Source: Cenarchaeum sp. | Lineage (GTDB): Archaea > Thermoproteota > Nitrososphaeria > Nitrososphaerales > Nitrosopumilaceae | Direction of reading: 5' to 3' | Assembly (NCBI GenBank): GCA_965242695.1 | Contig: CBDESU010000001.1 | Location: 480,001-544,000 of the forward strand | DNA length: 64,000 nucleotides | Shown: piece by piece, positions 38,219 to 48,373 of the stretch | Layout: each line of letters starts with the position of its first letter | Numbering within the stretch: position 1 is the stretch's first letter | Program-made: the position numbers and the translations under genes | The notes under the pieces: model-generated | What the model was told of the DNA's origin: nothing | The model's input: the letters and a program-made list of their open reading frames with translations, nothing else | The model's database searches: none

Positions 38219-38276
38219 ATCGGATTCGGGCGCGGCCGCTTCAAGGGCGCCGGCAGAAGCGGGGGAACGGGGACGA

Positions 38277-39458
38277 ATGGACGACAGTGACGACGGCAGG
38301 ACTGCGAGCGGCGCGGGCGCCGCGGAGGCCCGGGCATCCGGCACCGCCTCCGTAGTCGACGCGGGCGATGGCGGCGCGGCCGCCGAACGGTCGGAAGGCG
38401 AGCGGGCCGGCGCGCCGGGGCCGCCGCCGGCGCCGGGATCGGCCGCCGCCGCCGCCGCCGGCTCGCTTCCGCCCGAGATCGAGGCCCTCAACGAGGCGGC
38501 TCGCGCGCACGCGGCCACGCTCGGCCGCGTGCACTCGGAGATCAGCAAGGTCGTCGTCGGCCAGGACGGGGTGATCGAAAAGCTCATCGTGGCGCTCGTC
38601 GCGCAGGGCCACGTCCTCTTGGAGGGCGTCCCGGGCCTTGCAAAGACGCTCCTTGTCAAGACGCTCGCCGAGTGCGTCGAGTGCAGGTCTGTCCGGCTCC
38701 AGTTCACCCCCGACCTGCTGCCGGCCGACATTACGGGCACAAAGGTGTACGACCACTCTACGGGCTCGTTCTCGACCGTCCTCGGCCCCGTATTCACAAA
38801 CCTCGTCCTGGCCGACGAGATCAACAGGGCCCCGCCAAAGGTGCAGTCGGCCCTGCTCGAGGCCATGCAGGAGGGGCAGGTGAGCATACAGGGCGAGACG
38901 CACTCGCTTGCCAGGCCGTTCTTTGTAATGGCCACGCAGAACCCGATAGAGTCCGAGGGGACGTACCGGCTCCCCGAGGCGCAGATGGACAGGTTCATGC
39001 TAAAGCTGCTCATCTCGCACCCGAGGCAGGAGGAGGAAGAGGTCATCATACGGCGGTTCACCGAGGGCGTCGAGCTGTCCGCCTCGGCCGTCGTCACGGC
39101 CGCCGAGCTGCTCGAGATGCAGGACTTTGCCAGGACCATATACGCCGACGCCGAGATACGCAGGTACGTCGCGCGCATAGTCGACGCGACGCGCCACCCC
39201 GAGAGGCACGGCATCGGGGAGGCCGCCGGCGGGCGCGTAGAGCACGGCGCCTCGCCGAGGGCGTCGATCTGGATCACGCTCGGCGCAAAGGCGCACGCGC
39301 TGCTGCGCGGCCGCGGCTACGTCGAGCCCGACGACGTGCGCGCCGTCGCGCCCGACGTCCTCAGGCACCGCATGCTGCTCTCGTACGAGGCCGAGGCCGA
39401 CGGGACGACGCCCGACGGGGTCATATCCGCAATACTCGACAGGGTCGAGACGCCGTGA
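38277..39458 (+). CDS. moxR: MoxR family AAA+ ATPase
   Basis: GHVLLEGVPGLAKT, QFTPDLLPAD, LADEINRAPPKVQSALLEAM, ATQNP. Confidence 0.95.
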   Translation: MDDSDDGRTASGAGAAEARASGTASVVDAGDGGAAAERSEGERAGAPGPPPAPGSAAAAAAGSLPPEIEALNEAARAHAATLGRVHSEISKVVVGQDGVIEKLIVALVAQGHVLLEGVPGLAKTLLVKTLAECVECRSVRLQFTPDLLPADITGTKVYDHSTGSFSTVLGPVFTNLVLADEINRAPPKVQSALLEAMQEGQVSIQGETHSLARPFFVMATQNPIESEGTYRLPEAQMDRFMLKLLISHPRQEEEEVIIRRFTEGVELSASAVVTAAELLEMQDFARTIYADAEIRRYVARIVDATRHPERHGIGEAAGGRVEHGASPRASIWITLGAKAHALLRGRGYVEPDDVRAVAPDVLRHRMLLSYEAEADGTTPDGVISAILDRVETP

Positions 39459-40387
39459 GCGGCGGGAGCGGGGGCTCGGGCGGCCCCGGAGCGGGAGGCG
39501 GCGCGGCGGCGAACGCGGCGGCGAGCGCGGCGAACGCGGCGGCGCTGCTGCGCGCCGCCGAGCGAATGGAACTGCATCCCAGGAGGCCCGTCGACGGCCT
39601 CGTGGCAGGCGCCCACAGGTCGGCGTTCCGCGGCCGCGGAGTAGAGTTCGCCGACCTCCGCGAGTACCGCCCGGGCGACGACGACGTGCGCGCCATAGAC
39701 TGGAACGTGACGGCGCGCCTCGGCAGCCCGCACGTGAGGGAGTTTGCCGAGGACCGCGAGACGCGCGTGTACGTCGTCCTCGACGTGTCCGGGTCGTGCT
39801 CGTTCGGCAGCGGCGCGGAGCCAAAGGCGGCAAGGGCCGCCGAGGCGGCGGCCGCCGTCCTTGCCGCCGCCGTGCGGTCAAACGACGCGGCCGCCGCGTT
39901 CTTTGTCGCCGGATCGCTGCGCGGCCGCGTGCCGCTCGGGAGGGGGCGCCGGCACGCGCTGCGCCTGCTGGCCGCGGCCCTTGCGTTCGGCGGCGGGGAG
40001 GGGCCGACGGACCTGGCCGCCTCGCTTGCGCGCGTCGCGTCCATGGCCCGCCGGCGCGGGTCGGTCTTTGTAATATCCGACCTCGAGGACCATACCGGCT
40101 ACGACCGGCCGCTGCGCCTCCTGTGCGCAAGGCACGACGTCACGGTGCTGCGCGTGTACGACCGGCGCGAGCGCGAGATGCCAGACGTGGGGCTCATCGA
40201 GCTGGAGGATGCCGAGACGGGCGAGCACATGACCGTCGACACGTCGGATGCGCGGTTCCGGCGCAGGTACGCAGAGGAGGCGGCCGCGCGCGAGGCGTCC
40301 GTGTCGAGGAGGATCGCAAGGGCCGGCGCCGCGTATGCGGCCGTCGAGGCCGGCGGCGGCGCGGCCGCGCGGGGGAGGGGGCCCTGA
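39455..40387 (+). CDS. DUF58 family protein
   Basis: GRGVEFADLREYRPGDDDVRAIDWNVTAR. Confidence 0.9.
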   Translation: MSGGSGGSGGPGAGGGAAANAAASAANAAALLRAAERMELHPRRPVDGLVAGAHRSAFRGRGVEFADLREYRPGDDDVRAIDWNVTARLGSPHVREFAEDRETRVYVVLDVSGSCSFGSGAEPKAARAAEAAAAVLAAAVRSNDAAAAFFVAGSLRGRVPLGRGRRHALRLLAAALAFGGGEGPTDLAASLARVASMARRRGSVFVISDLEDHTGYDRPLRLLCARHDVTVLRVYDRREREMPDVGLIELEDAETGEHMTVDTSDARFRRRYAEEAAAREASVSRRIARAGAAYAAVEAGGGAAARGRGP

Positions 40388-41334
40388 CGGCCGGCTTTGA
40401 GCATCCGGCGGCGCTGCTTGCGCTGCTGTGCGTGCCCGCGCTGTACGTCCTGTACAGGCGCGTCCTGTCCGGGCGCAGGGCCGCGGCGATGTCGTTCAGC
40501 AGCCTCTCGCTCGTCCGCTCGGCCCTCGGCGACAAGAGGTCGAGGAGGGGATCGGCGCTGTTTGCAATGTCGCTTGCCGCGGCCTCGCTCATCGTCGTCG
40601 GGCTCGCCGGCCCCCACCTCCCGCTCGAGCAGAGCCGAGAGGGCGTCAACGTCGTGCTCGTCCTCGACGTGTCCGGCAGCATGCAGGTGGCCGACTACCC
40701 GCCGAGCCGCCTCGAGGCGGCAAAGGCATCGGCCCGGATACTCCTCGAGTCGCTCGAGCAAAAGGACCACGCGGGGATCGTCACGTTCGAGTCGGGAGCG
40801 ACCACGGCGGCGTTCCTCAGCCCCCACAAGGACCGCGTCATGGACCTGCTCGCCGGGATTGCGCCGCGCGAGGGGCAGACGGCGATAGGCGACGGCCTCG
40901 GACTCGGAGTCGAGATGGCCACGTCCATACCCAACAAGAAGAAGGTCGTCATACTGCTCAGCGACGGCGTGAGCAACGCCGGCGTCATATCGCCGGCCGA
41001 GGCCGTCGCGTTCGCCCGGGCCAACTCGATCCAGGTGCACACCGTCGGGCTCGGATCGGACGGCGATGCCATACTCGGGTACGACGTGTTCGGCAGGCCG
41101 CAGCACGCCGAGCTCGACGAGGAGACGCTGCGCGAGATCGCCGCGCGGACGGGCGGGCGGTACTTCAAGTCCGTCGACGCGCAGACGCTCAACGCGATAT
41201 ACGCCGAGATCGGCGAGGATATAGAGCGCGAGGTCGAGGAGACGGACGTGAGCAGGTGGCTGTTCGCCGCGGCCCTTGCGGTCTTTGGCGCGCAGATGTA
41301 CATGCGGTACGGCAGGGGCAGGGTAATACAGTGA
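40384..41334 (+). CDS. VWA domain protein (BatA-like)
   Basis: LDVSGSM MIDAS motif, TAIGDG, LLSDG; N- and C-terminal TM segments; apparent CTG start. Confidence 0.9.
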   Translation: MTAGFEHPAALLALLCVPALYVLYRRVLSGRRAAAMSFSSLSLVRSALGDKRSRRGSALFAMSLAAASLIVVGLAGPHLPLEQSREGVNVVLVLDVSGSMQVADYPPSRLEAAKASARILLESLEQKDHAGIVTFESGATTAAFLSPHKDRVMDLLAGIAPREGQTAIGDGLGLGVEMATSIPNKKKVVILLSDGVSNAGVISPAEAVAFARANSIQVHTVGLGSDGDAILGYDVFGRPQHAELDEETLREIAARTGGRYFKSVDAQTLNAIYAEIGEDIEREVEETDVSRWLFAAALAVFGAQMYMRYGRGRVIQ

Positions 41335-43121
41335 GCGCGGGCGGGGCTGATCCGGGGCCGCCGCGGGCGGGCATGCGGGCCGCGTGCGTGGCCGCCGCCC
41401 TTGCGGCGGCCGCATGCATGCTCGCCGCCTCGGTCCCCGGCGCGCACGCGCAGAATGTCACATTCTCGACGGCGCAGGAAGAGTACTACTTTGCGCCGGG
41501 CGAGCGGCCGGCCATACCGCTAGACCTGAGCAACGGCCACGGCCGCCCTGTCTCGGGCATGCTGTCGTTTACGGTGGCCCAGGACGGCGGGCAGGGCGGC
41601 GTGCAGACGAGGACGATCAACGCCGGCTCGCAGCGGTTCGAGGTGCGCGAGGGCAACAACACGATAATGATCGACCTAGGGGCGGTCGCGCCTCCGGCCC
41701 GGCTAGAGGTCGACCTGTCGTTCACGTACAACGACGGGTTCGATCCGTGGACGGTCGAGATCGGGCCCATAGTGGCGCACGTCGTCGGCGACCCGTCCGA
41801 GGCCAGGAACGAGCCGAGCCCGATGAGCGCGCAGGCCCAGGCCGGAGCCGGCGGGCGGCAGGGCCAGCAGGGCCAGGGCGTCCAGCAGCAGCCGCAGGGC
41901 CAGCAGGCCCCGCAGGGCCAGGGCGGCCAGCAGCAGCCGCAGGGCCAGCAGGCCCCGCAGGGCCAGGGCGGCCCGCAGCAAGGCGGACAGGGCGGCCCGC
42001 AGGCCCCGCAGGCCCCGCAGGCTCCCGACCCGCTCAACCGCCTCCAGAACAACCAGATGGCGCAGGACAGCGGGGCGCTCAGGCGGCAGATCCAGGAGCA
42101 GCTGCAGGAGGAGGCGGACCGGCAGAACCGGTTCGCAGAGGCCCTCTCGGCCGACCCGTCGTTTGCCGAGCAGCACCGGCGCATGATCGACGACGGCTAC
42201 GAGGTCGCCGGCGGCTCGCTCGAGCCCTCGCCCGACTCGGAGGACAGCGGCGAGTTTGAGATCCAGTACCAGAGCCCCGAGAGGGGCGCCGCCTCGATCC
42301 GGGGCGCGATGGACGGCGGGGAGGTCGGCGAGATGTCCGTGGCGTCAGAGTACGCCGAACAGCGCATGCTCGATGCGCTCAGGGCCGACCCGCGCTTTGC
42401 CGAGATGTCGGCCGAGCTAGAGGCCGCCGGATACTCGCAGTCCTCGGCGCAGTTCTCGTCCGACGGAATGTCGTCGGAGGCCGTGCTAGAGTACGAAAGG
42501 GCCGCGGGGCCGGGGGCGGATCCGGGAGCCGCGGAGGGAGAGGCGGCAGCGGCGGCGGATCCCGAGCCCGACAGGGCCACGGTGCGGGCCGAGTTCAACG
42601 GCACGGACGTGGCCGCCGTCTCGCTAGAGTACGGCGAGGACGAGGAGTTCGATCCGGCCCGGGCTGTCCTTGCGGCAGCGGTGGCTGGCGGGATTGCCGC
42701 TGCCGCCTACCTGGCGCTGCGCGGCCAGGGGGCCGAGCCGGCCGCCCCGCCGCCGGCGCCGGCGGCGCGGATCCGGCGCCGCCCCGAGCCGGCCGACGAG
42801 GCGCGGCATCTCATGGGCGAGGCGAGGCGCCTGCACGCGGCGGGCGACGAAAAGGGCGCCTTTGCCTGCGCGGGGCGCGCCGTCAGGCTGCTCGTCCTGG
42901 CCGAGCTTGACATCGACAGGGAGATCACGAACGCAGAGGCCGCCGCCGCGCTGGCGGCGGCCGGCCGCGGCGCGTCCGGTGCCGACATAGGGGCATGCCT
43001 CGGGGTGGCGGGCCTTGTCGAGTTTGCCCGGATGGCCCCGGGCGGGGGGGACTTTGCCAAGATATCGTCCGCGTTCGATGCGCTGGCAGGCGGGCCCGCG
43101 CGGCGCGGGCCTAGCTCTTGA
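41331..43121 (+). CDS. Secreted/membrane-anchored protein with Gln/Gly/Pro-rich linker (Bat-like operon member)
   Basis: Signal peptide (AHA-Q), QQPQGQQAPQGQGG repeats, C-terminal TM segment. Confidence 0.75.
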   Translation: MSAGGADPGPPRAGMRAACVAAALAAAACMLAASVPGAHAQNVTFSTAQEEYYFAPGERPAIPLDLSNGHGRPVSGMLSFTVAQDGGQGGVQTRTINAGSQRFEVREGNNTIMIDLGAVAPPARLEVDLSFTYNDGFDPWTVEIGPIVAHVVGDPSEARNEPSPMSAQAQAGAGGRQGQQGQGVQQQPQGQQAPQGQGGQQQPQGQQAPQGQGGPQQGGQGGPQAPQAPQAPDPLNRLQNNQMAQDSGALRRQIQEQLQEEADRQNRFAEALSADPSFAEQHRRMIDDGYEVAGGSLEPSPDSEDSGEFEIQYQSPERGAASIRGAMDGGEVGEMSVASEYAEQRMLDALRADPRFAEMSAELEAAGYSQSSAQFSSDGMSSEAVLEYERAAGPGADPGAAEGEAAAAADPEPDRATVRAEFNGTDVAAVSLEYGEDEEFDPARAVLAAAVAGGIAAAAYLALRGQGAEPAAPPPAPAARIRRRPEPADEARHLMGEARRLHAAGDEKGAFACAGRAVRLLVLAELDIDREITNAEAAAALAAAGRGASGADIGACLGVAGLVEFARMAPGGGDFAKISSAFDALAGGPARRGPSS

Positions 43122-43521
43122 CCCGCATGATCATCGTGCGGTCCATCACGTTCCAGTACTCTACGTTCTGGCCGTTCTCGAGCGTGCCCCTTACCGGCTC
43201 GTCGACTAGCGTGACGTCGATCGTAGCGAACGTCTCCGAGTCCATCACCTGGATGATGTCGCCGGCGATCGATATGATCTGGGCCGTCCTCTTGTCTATG
43301 AGCGGGACATGGACCTGCATGCTCACGGGCCCCACGTGCGGGCGCTTTTGCCCGTCGAACACGCCGACGCCGACGATGCGGGCCTTGGCCGCGCCGTGCT
43401 TGCCGGGCTTGCTCGTCCCGTACTCGACGATGCGGCACGGCTCGCCGGTCGGCTGGTCCCCCACGGGAAGCAGTATGTACGATCCGACCTTTAGCGATCC
43501 GAGGTCTGCCGGCTTGCTCAC
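43111..43521 (-). CDS. eif5A: Translation factor aIF5A/eIF5A
   Basis: SKPGKHGAAK hypusine motif. Confidence 0.96.
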   Translation of the reverse strand: MSKPADLGSLKVGSYILLPVGDQPTGEPCRIVEYGTSKPGKHGAAKARIVGVGVFDGQKRPHVGPVSMQVHVPLIDKRTAQIISIAGDIIQVMDSETFATIDVTLVDEPVRGTLENGQNVEYWNVMDRTMIMRVKS

Positions 43522-44898
43522 GGCGCGCGCCCTGCCGTGCATTATTTAACCATTGACGGGCGCGCGCCCTGCGCGCGCGCAAAAGGGCACATGTCTAGGT
43601 CTCCGGGTTACCCTCCCCCCGCCCCTGTTCGGCAGCGCCCTGCGCGGCTACGACGGCCTCCGCCTTGGCTCGCACAGGGTCCCTGGCCGTCAAGCCCAGG
43701 CACCCCTTGGCCGGCGATTACCGCCGCGGGCATCCATGGATCGGGTAGCGGCGCCGGGGGCGCCGCGTCGGATGCGGGGGCCGGATGCGGCGCGACATCC
43801 TGCAGGCAGGCGCACTGGAAGCGCCCGTTTTTGTCGCGCCCGTGCCGGGTGCCAAAGCGCGGGCAGACGTGCCGACGCCCCATGGAGGCTTGGTGCCACT
43901 CTTCCTCCCCCGCCGCGCAGCCTTTGGCAAGATACGGCCTGTTTGTCAACACTTCCCGACGCTAGGGGGCAGACCTGGGATGCGGGATGTGCCGCCGACC
44001 AGACAATGGCGGCGCGTCCATTGCGCCCGCGCAGACTCGCAAAGGGCGCCATCAGGCCCCGCATGCGCAGGCGGGGTCCCAAAGGAGCCGCAGGAGAGGA
44101 GGCGGGGGAAGCGGCGCCCTCAGCACAGGTCGCGGACGCCGTGGGCCCCGCGACGGCAGGGGCGGGGCCGCAGCCGCGCGGCCGCGAGGGCGTGATCAGG
44201 GCGCCGAGGATGCAGAACACGGCGCTGCGGCACGCGCTGGTCGATACGCTGTCCGAAAAGGATGCATGCCGCGGCCAGGATCGGGTGCAAGCCCGCCATA
44301 CTCCACCTCTGCAAGGCGTCGGAATGGGCCCGCAAGGCAGTCGGGGGCACCGTGGCGGCCAACCCGTCTGCGGCGCGCCTCGACGGCGGCTGCAACGGCG
44401 GCGGGGCCCATGAAGGCATCTTGCCGCGCTGCCAGGATCGATCCCGGACGCGCCAGGGCCCGTGCACGGCCAGAGCCGCAGCGGTCCTACGTCCCCGCCC
44501 GCCTGCTCCGCCCCCCCCCCTTCCGGCTGTGCACCCGGGAGGCGGCACGTCGTCTGTGCCGTGCCCCCACCCCCTCCGCGCCGCCTGCGCTCCGCGCCGC
44601 CTTGGCGGCTCTGTGCCATGCCCCGACGCGAGTCGCAAGCCGCATCGGCCGAACATGCCTTACGCCTGTCGTCACGGACCTGCGGTTTGGAGGCCTAGAT
44701 GTGTGCCGTCCGGCAGCCCCTCGCCCTGCCGCGCCTCACTAAAATACGCCCGCTCCCGCCGGGGGCGCGGATGCCGATGATGAGCGGAAAAGCCATCGGA
44801 GCGGTGACGACGATTATGAGTTATGAGGCGTCCACTACGGCTGCCCCGCGGCCGCGCCGGCCGCACGAGATATTTGCCGCCGCGTGCCGCAGCCGGCA

Positions 44899-45702
44899 GT
44901 GAGGGTCGCGGCGCTGTTCTCGGGCGGAAAGGACAGCGCGTACGCTGCGATGAGGGCCGTCGATGCCGGCCATGCGCTGGCATGCCTCGTGACGGTCGAG
45001 CCGCCCTCGCCGGCAAGCGAGCTGCTCCACTACCCGTGCGCCCGCGCCACGGCGCTCCAGGCCGAGTCGATGGGCGTCCCGCACGTGCTGAGGCGCGCCG
45101 GTACGGACGGCACGGCCGGCCAGCGCGACGCCGTGGCGTCGGCCCTGTCCGAGGCGGCCCGCATGCACGGCGCGGCGGGGGCCGTCCACGGCGGCCTGCG
45201 CAGCGGGTACCAGAGGCGGGAGTTCGGGCGCGCCTGCGCCGCGGCGGGCCTCGAGCCGATCGCGCCCGTGTGGGCGGGGAGGGGCGGGGCGGGCCTGCCC
45301 GCGCAGGTGTCCTACGTAAGGCGCCTGCTTGCCGCCGGCGTGAGGTTTGTCGTGACTGCCGTGAGCGCCGGCGGGCTCGGGGCCGACTGGCTCGGCCGCG
45401 CCATCGACGGAGATGCAGTCGACGAGCTGGCCGCCCTGTCGCGCAGGCACGGGCTCGGCGCAGACTTTGAGGGGGGCGAGGCCGAGACGCTCGCGACCGA
45501 CTGCCCGCTGTTCTCGCGCCCCCTCGAGATCGTCCGGTCGGGCGCGCGCTGGGACGGGTGCCGCGGCGAGCTTGACATAATAGAGGCGCGCCTGGGGCCG
45601 CGGCATGCTAGGCGATCTGCGCACCAACCTGCGTTCGGCCATAAAGAAGATCGTCAGCTCGTCGGGCGTCGACAAGGATCTTGTGGAGGCGCTCGCGCTT
45701 GA
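44899..45702 (+). CDS. Diphthine-ammonia ligase (DUF71 PP-loop ATPase)
   Basis: ALFSGGKDS, EGGEAET; adjacent to srp54. Confidence 0.85.
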   Translation: MRVAALFSGGKDSAYAAMRAVDAGHALACLVTVEPPSPASELLHYPCARATALQAESMGVPHVLRRAGTDGTAGQRDAVASALSEAARMHGAAGAVHGGLRSGYQRREFGRACAAAGLEPIAPVWAGRGGAGLPAQVSYVRRLLAAGVRFVVTAVSAGGLGADWLGRAIDGDAVDELAALSRRHGLGADFEGGEAETLATDCPLFSRPLEIVRSGARWDGCRGELDIIEARLGPRHARRSAHQPAFGHKEDRQLVGRRQGSCGGARA

Positions 45703-46927
45703 CATGCAGCGCGCCCTGCTGTACGCCGACGTCGATGCGCGCCTGGTGCAGGAGATATCGTCGCGAATAAAGGAGAGGGCACTCGGCGAGTCTCCCCCGC
45801 CCGGCCTGTCGCGCAAGGACCACATCGTAAAGATCGTGTACGGGGAGATGGCAAGGCTGCTCGGCGAGGGGGCCGGCGGGTTCGAGTTCCGGCCGGGAAA
45901 GCCCAACCGCGTCCTCATGCTCGGCATACAGGGAAGCGGCAAGACCACGGTGACGTCAAAGCTTGCGCTGCTGCTCACCAGGCAGGGGTACAAGACGGGG
46001 GTGATCGGCGCCGACACGTACAGGCCGGGGGCGCTCGTCCAGCTGCGGACCATGTGCGAGAGGGCCGGAGTCGAGGTGTACGGCGAGGACGGGTCGGACG
46101 ACCCGGCGGATGTCGTCAAGCGCGGGCTCAAGAGGCTCGGCGCCCTGGACGTGATCCTCATAGACACGGCGGGCCGCCACAAGGAGGACGCGGGGCTCCT
46201 CGAGGAGATGCGCCGGATCGGCGCGGCCGCCGAGCCGGACCTGGCGCTCCTCGTCATCGACGGGACGATCGGCAGGCGGTGCTTTGCGCAGGCCGAGGCG
46301 TTCCACAAGACGGTCGCAGTAGGGGGCATCGTCGTGACAAAGCTCGACAGCTCGGCAAAGGGCGGCGGCGCCCTGGCCGCCTCGGCGGCCACCGGCGCGC
46401 GCGTGATGTACATCGGGACCGGCGAGCGCATCGACGACATCGAGCAGTTCTCGCCTACGCGGTTCGTCGGGAGGCTGCTCGGCATGGGCGACATACAGGC
46501 AGTCCTCGACCTTGCAAGGCGCCTGGAGAGCGAGAGCGACGAGGTCCGGCTCAGGAGGATCGCAAGCGGCAAGATGAACATGGACGACTTTTACATGCAG
46601 CTCGAGCAGGTCGGGCAGACGGGATCGCTGCGCGGCGTGTTCGACAGCATGCCGGGCATGGCAGGCGCCATCAACGAGGACCAGCTCGAAAAGATAGAGG
46701 GCAAGATGGGCGGGTGGCGGCACATCATACAGAGCATGAACGGCGACGAAAAGGCCGACCCGGACCTGATCAACGCGTCGAGGACTACTAGGATAGCGCG
46801 CGGGTCGGGCCACCCCGAGCACGACGTAAAGGAGCTGCTAAAGGGGTACCGAAACTCAAAGGGGATGATAAAGGCCTCAAAGGGGCGCAACATGAAGGGC
46901 GCGCTGCGCCGGCTCGGGCTCGGGTAG
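45605..46927 (+). CDS. srp54: Signal recognition particle protein SRP54
   Basis: GIQGSGKTT, DTYRPGA, DTAGRH, TKLD, M-domain RIARGSG. Confidence 0.96.
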   Translation: MLGDLRTNLRSAIKKIVSSSGVDKDLVEALALDMQRALLYADVDARLVQEISSRIKERALGESPPPGLSRKDHIVKIVYGEMARLLGEGAGGFEFRPGKPNRVLMLGIQGSGKTTVTSKLALLLTRQGYKTGVIGADTYRPGALVQLRTMCERAGVEVYGEDGSDDPADVVKRGLKRLGALDVILIDTAGRHKEDAGLLEEMRRIGAAAEPDLALLVIDGTIGRRCFAQAEAFHKTVAVGGIVVTKLDSSAKGGGALAASAATGARVMYIGTGERIDDIEQFSPTRFVGRLLGMGDIQAVLDLARRLESESDEVRLRRIASGKMNMDDFYMQLEQVGQTGSLRGVFDSMPGMAGAINEDQLEKIEGKMGGWRHIIQSMNGDEKADPDLINASRTTRIARGSGHPEHDVKELLKGYRNSKGMIKASKGRNMKGALRRLGLG

Positions 46928-47032
46928 CGGGGGCTGCGGGACGGCGGCCCCCCGCACCCGTACCCGCCGCCGCGGGCCTCCGGCGGCATCCCGCTTCGAA
47001 CGCCTATTAACGCAGCCGCCCGCGGCCGCGCC

Positions 47033-48256
47033 ATGGGACGGGATGCAGTGCTCGGCAGGGCCGCCGCCGGCGCGGCCGGAATCCTTGCCGAGTACGCGCT
47101 GTGCGATGCGTGCCTGGGCCGCATGTACGCGCGGCGCCTGCGCCTGCGCTCGCCGGAGAGGCTCGGGCGAAGGCTGAGGGGGATGGCGCCGCAGCGCGCC
47201 GCCGCCTCCGGCGCCGCCGCCGCCTCCGGCGACGCGGCCTGCTACGTCTGCCGCGGCCTGCTCGCATCGCTCGGGCCCTACGCGGAGCGCATGGCCGCCA
47301 GGGCGGCGGCGTACGAGTTTTCCGCCGCGATGGTCGGCGTGACGCCGCGCCCGTCGATGGTCGAGCGCGACGACGAGGTCCGCTCGCGGTTCGGCCTGGC
47401 CGGCGCGCCGCCCCTGCGCGCCGCCCTGTCGGCCGCCCTGTCGGACGCGCTGGCGGGCATGGCCGGCTGCCGGATCGACCGAGCCAGGCCCGACCTGGTG
47501 CTGACGGTGAACCTGCGCGCGGATACGGTCGAGGCCCGCTCGCGCGCCGTCGTCGTGCGCGGCAGGTACACAAAGTCCGCCCGCGGCCTGCCGCAAAAGC
47601 AGGGGCCGTGCGGGCGGTGCGCCGGGCGCGGGTGCGGCGGGTGCGGATTCGCCGGGATACGGAGCGGGGGGCGCGGCAGCGTCGAGGCGCTCCTGTCGGG
47701 GTTTTTGTGCGGCGCGCTCGGCGCGCGCCGCGCAAGGATGACGTGGGTCGGGGGCGAGGGCATGGACAGCCTCGTGTCGGGATCGGGGCGCCCCTTCTAC
47801 GCGAGCATTGCGGATCCCGCGCGGCGGGGCTCGGCGCTGCCGCGTACAGCGGACCTCGGGCCGGTGGCAGTGCGCGGCCTAGAAGAGGCCGCCTCGGTGC
47901 CGGGCGCCCCCGTGGCATTCTCGACCGTGCTGGAGATGTCGCTGCGCGCGCCCCGGCCCGTCTCGGACGCCGAGATCGGGTCGATCGAGTCGGCCATGGG
48001 GGCCGGCAACGCGGCGGTGTACGGGGGTGCCGGCGGGGGCCGCTTGGAGCGGGCGCTCGGGCCCGCCAAGTGCCGCCGAGAGTCGCCCGACTCGTTTGCG
48101 CTCAGGGTAGAGGCCGAGGGCGGCATCCCGCTGCGCGAGCTTGCCGCCGGCGAGGCGGTCTTTCCGAACGCGTCGGCCGTGCTCGGCGCCGAGTGTAGGA
48201 TAGAGCGCCTTGACATACTCGGCGTCGCGGTGCGGGGCGGGAGTCGGGAAAAGTGA
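47033..48256 (+). CDS. pus10: tRNA pseudouridine(54/55) synthase Pus10-like
   Basis: LCDACLGR Zn site, THUMP-like region, GRYTKSARGLPQ, GGEGMDSLVSGSGRPF. Confidence 0.82.
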   Translation: MGRDAVLGRAAAGAAGILAEYALCDACLGRMYARRLRLRSPERLGRRLRGMAPQRAAASGAAAASGDAACYVCRGLLASLGPYAERMAARAAAYEFSAAMVGVTPRPSMVERDDEVRSRFGLAGAPPLRAALSAALSDALAGMAGCRIDRARPDLVLTVNLRADTVEARSRAVVVRGRYTKSARGLPQKQGPCGRCAGRGCGGCGFAGIRSGGRGSVEALLSGFLCGALGARRARMTWVGGEGMDSLVSGSGRPFYASIADPARRGSALPRTADLGPVAVRGLEEAASVPGAPVAFSTVLEMSLRAPRPVSDAEIGSIESAMGAGNAAVYGGAGGGRLERALGPAKCRRESPDSFALRVEAEGGIPLRELAAGEAVFPNASAVLGAECRIERLDILGVAVRGGSREK

Positions 48257-48373
48257 TGCGGCCGTGCCGTGCCCGCCTGATCCTCATCCGCGCCCCTGAT
48301 CGGGGCTCGCCCCTCCCCTGACCCCCGCAAGGCCTTCTTATAACTATAGATAGTCGTCATATTCGGCACTTTT

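Noticed and set aside
38277-43121. MoxR-DUF58-VWA operon as a novel system
   Set aside because: Well-known, widespread Bat-like arrangement
45605-45702. ~98-bp overlap of dph6 with srp54 as a functional feature
   Set aside because: Most simply a lost stop codon with run-on into an alternative frame
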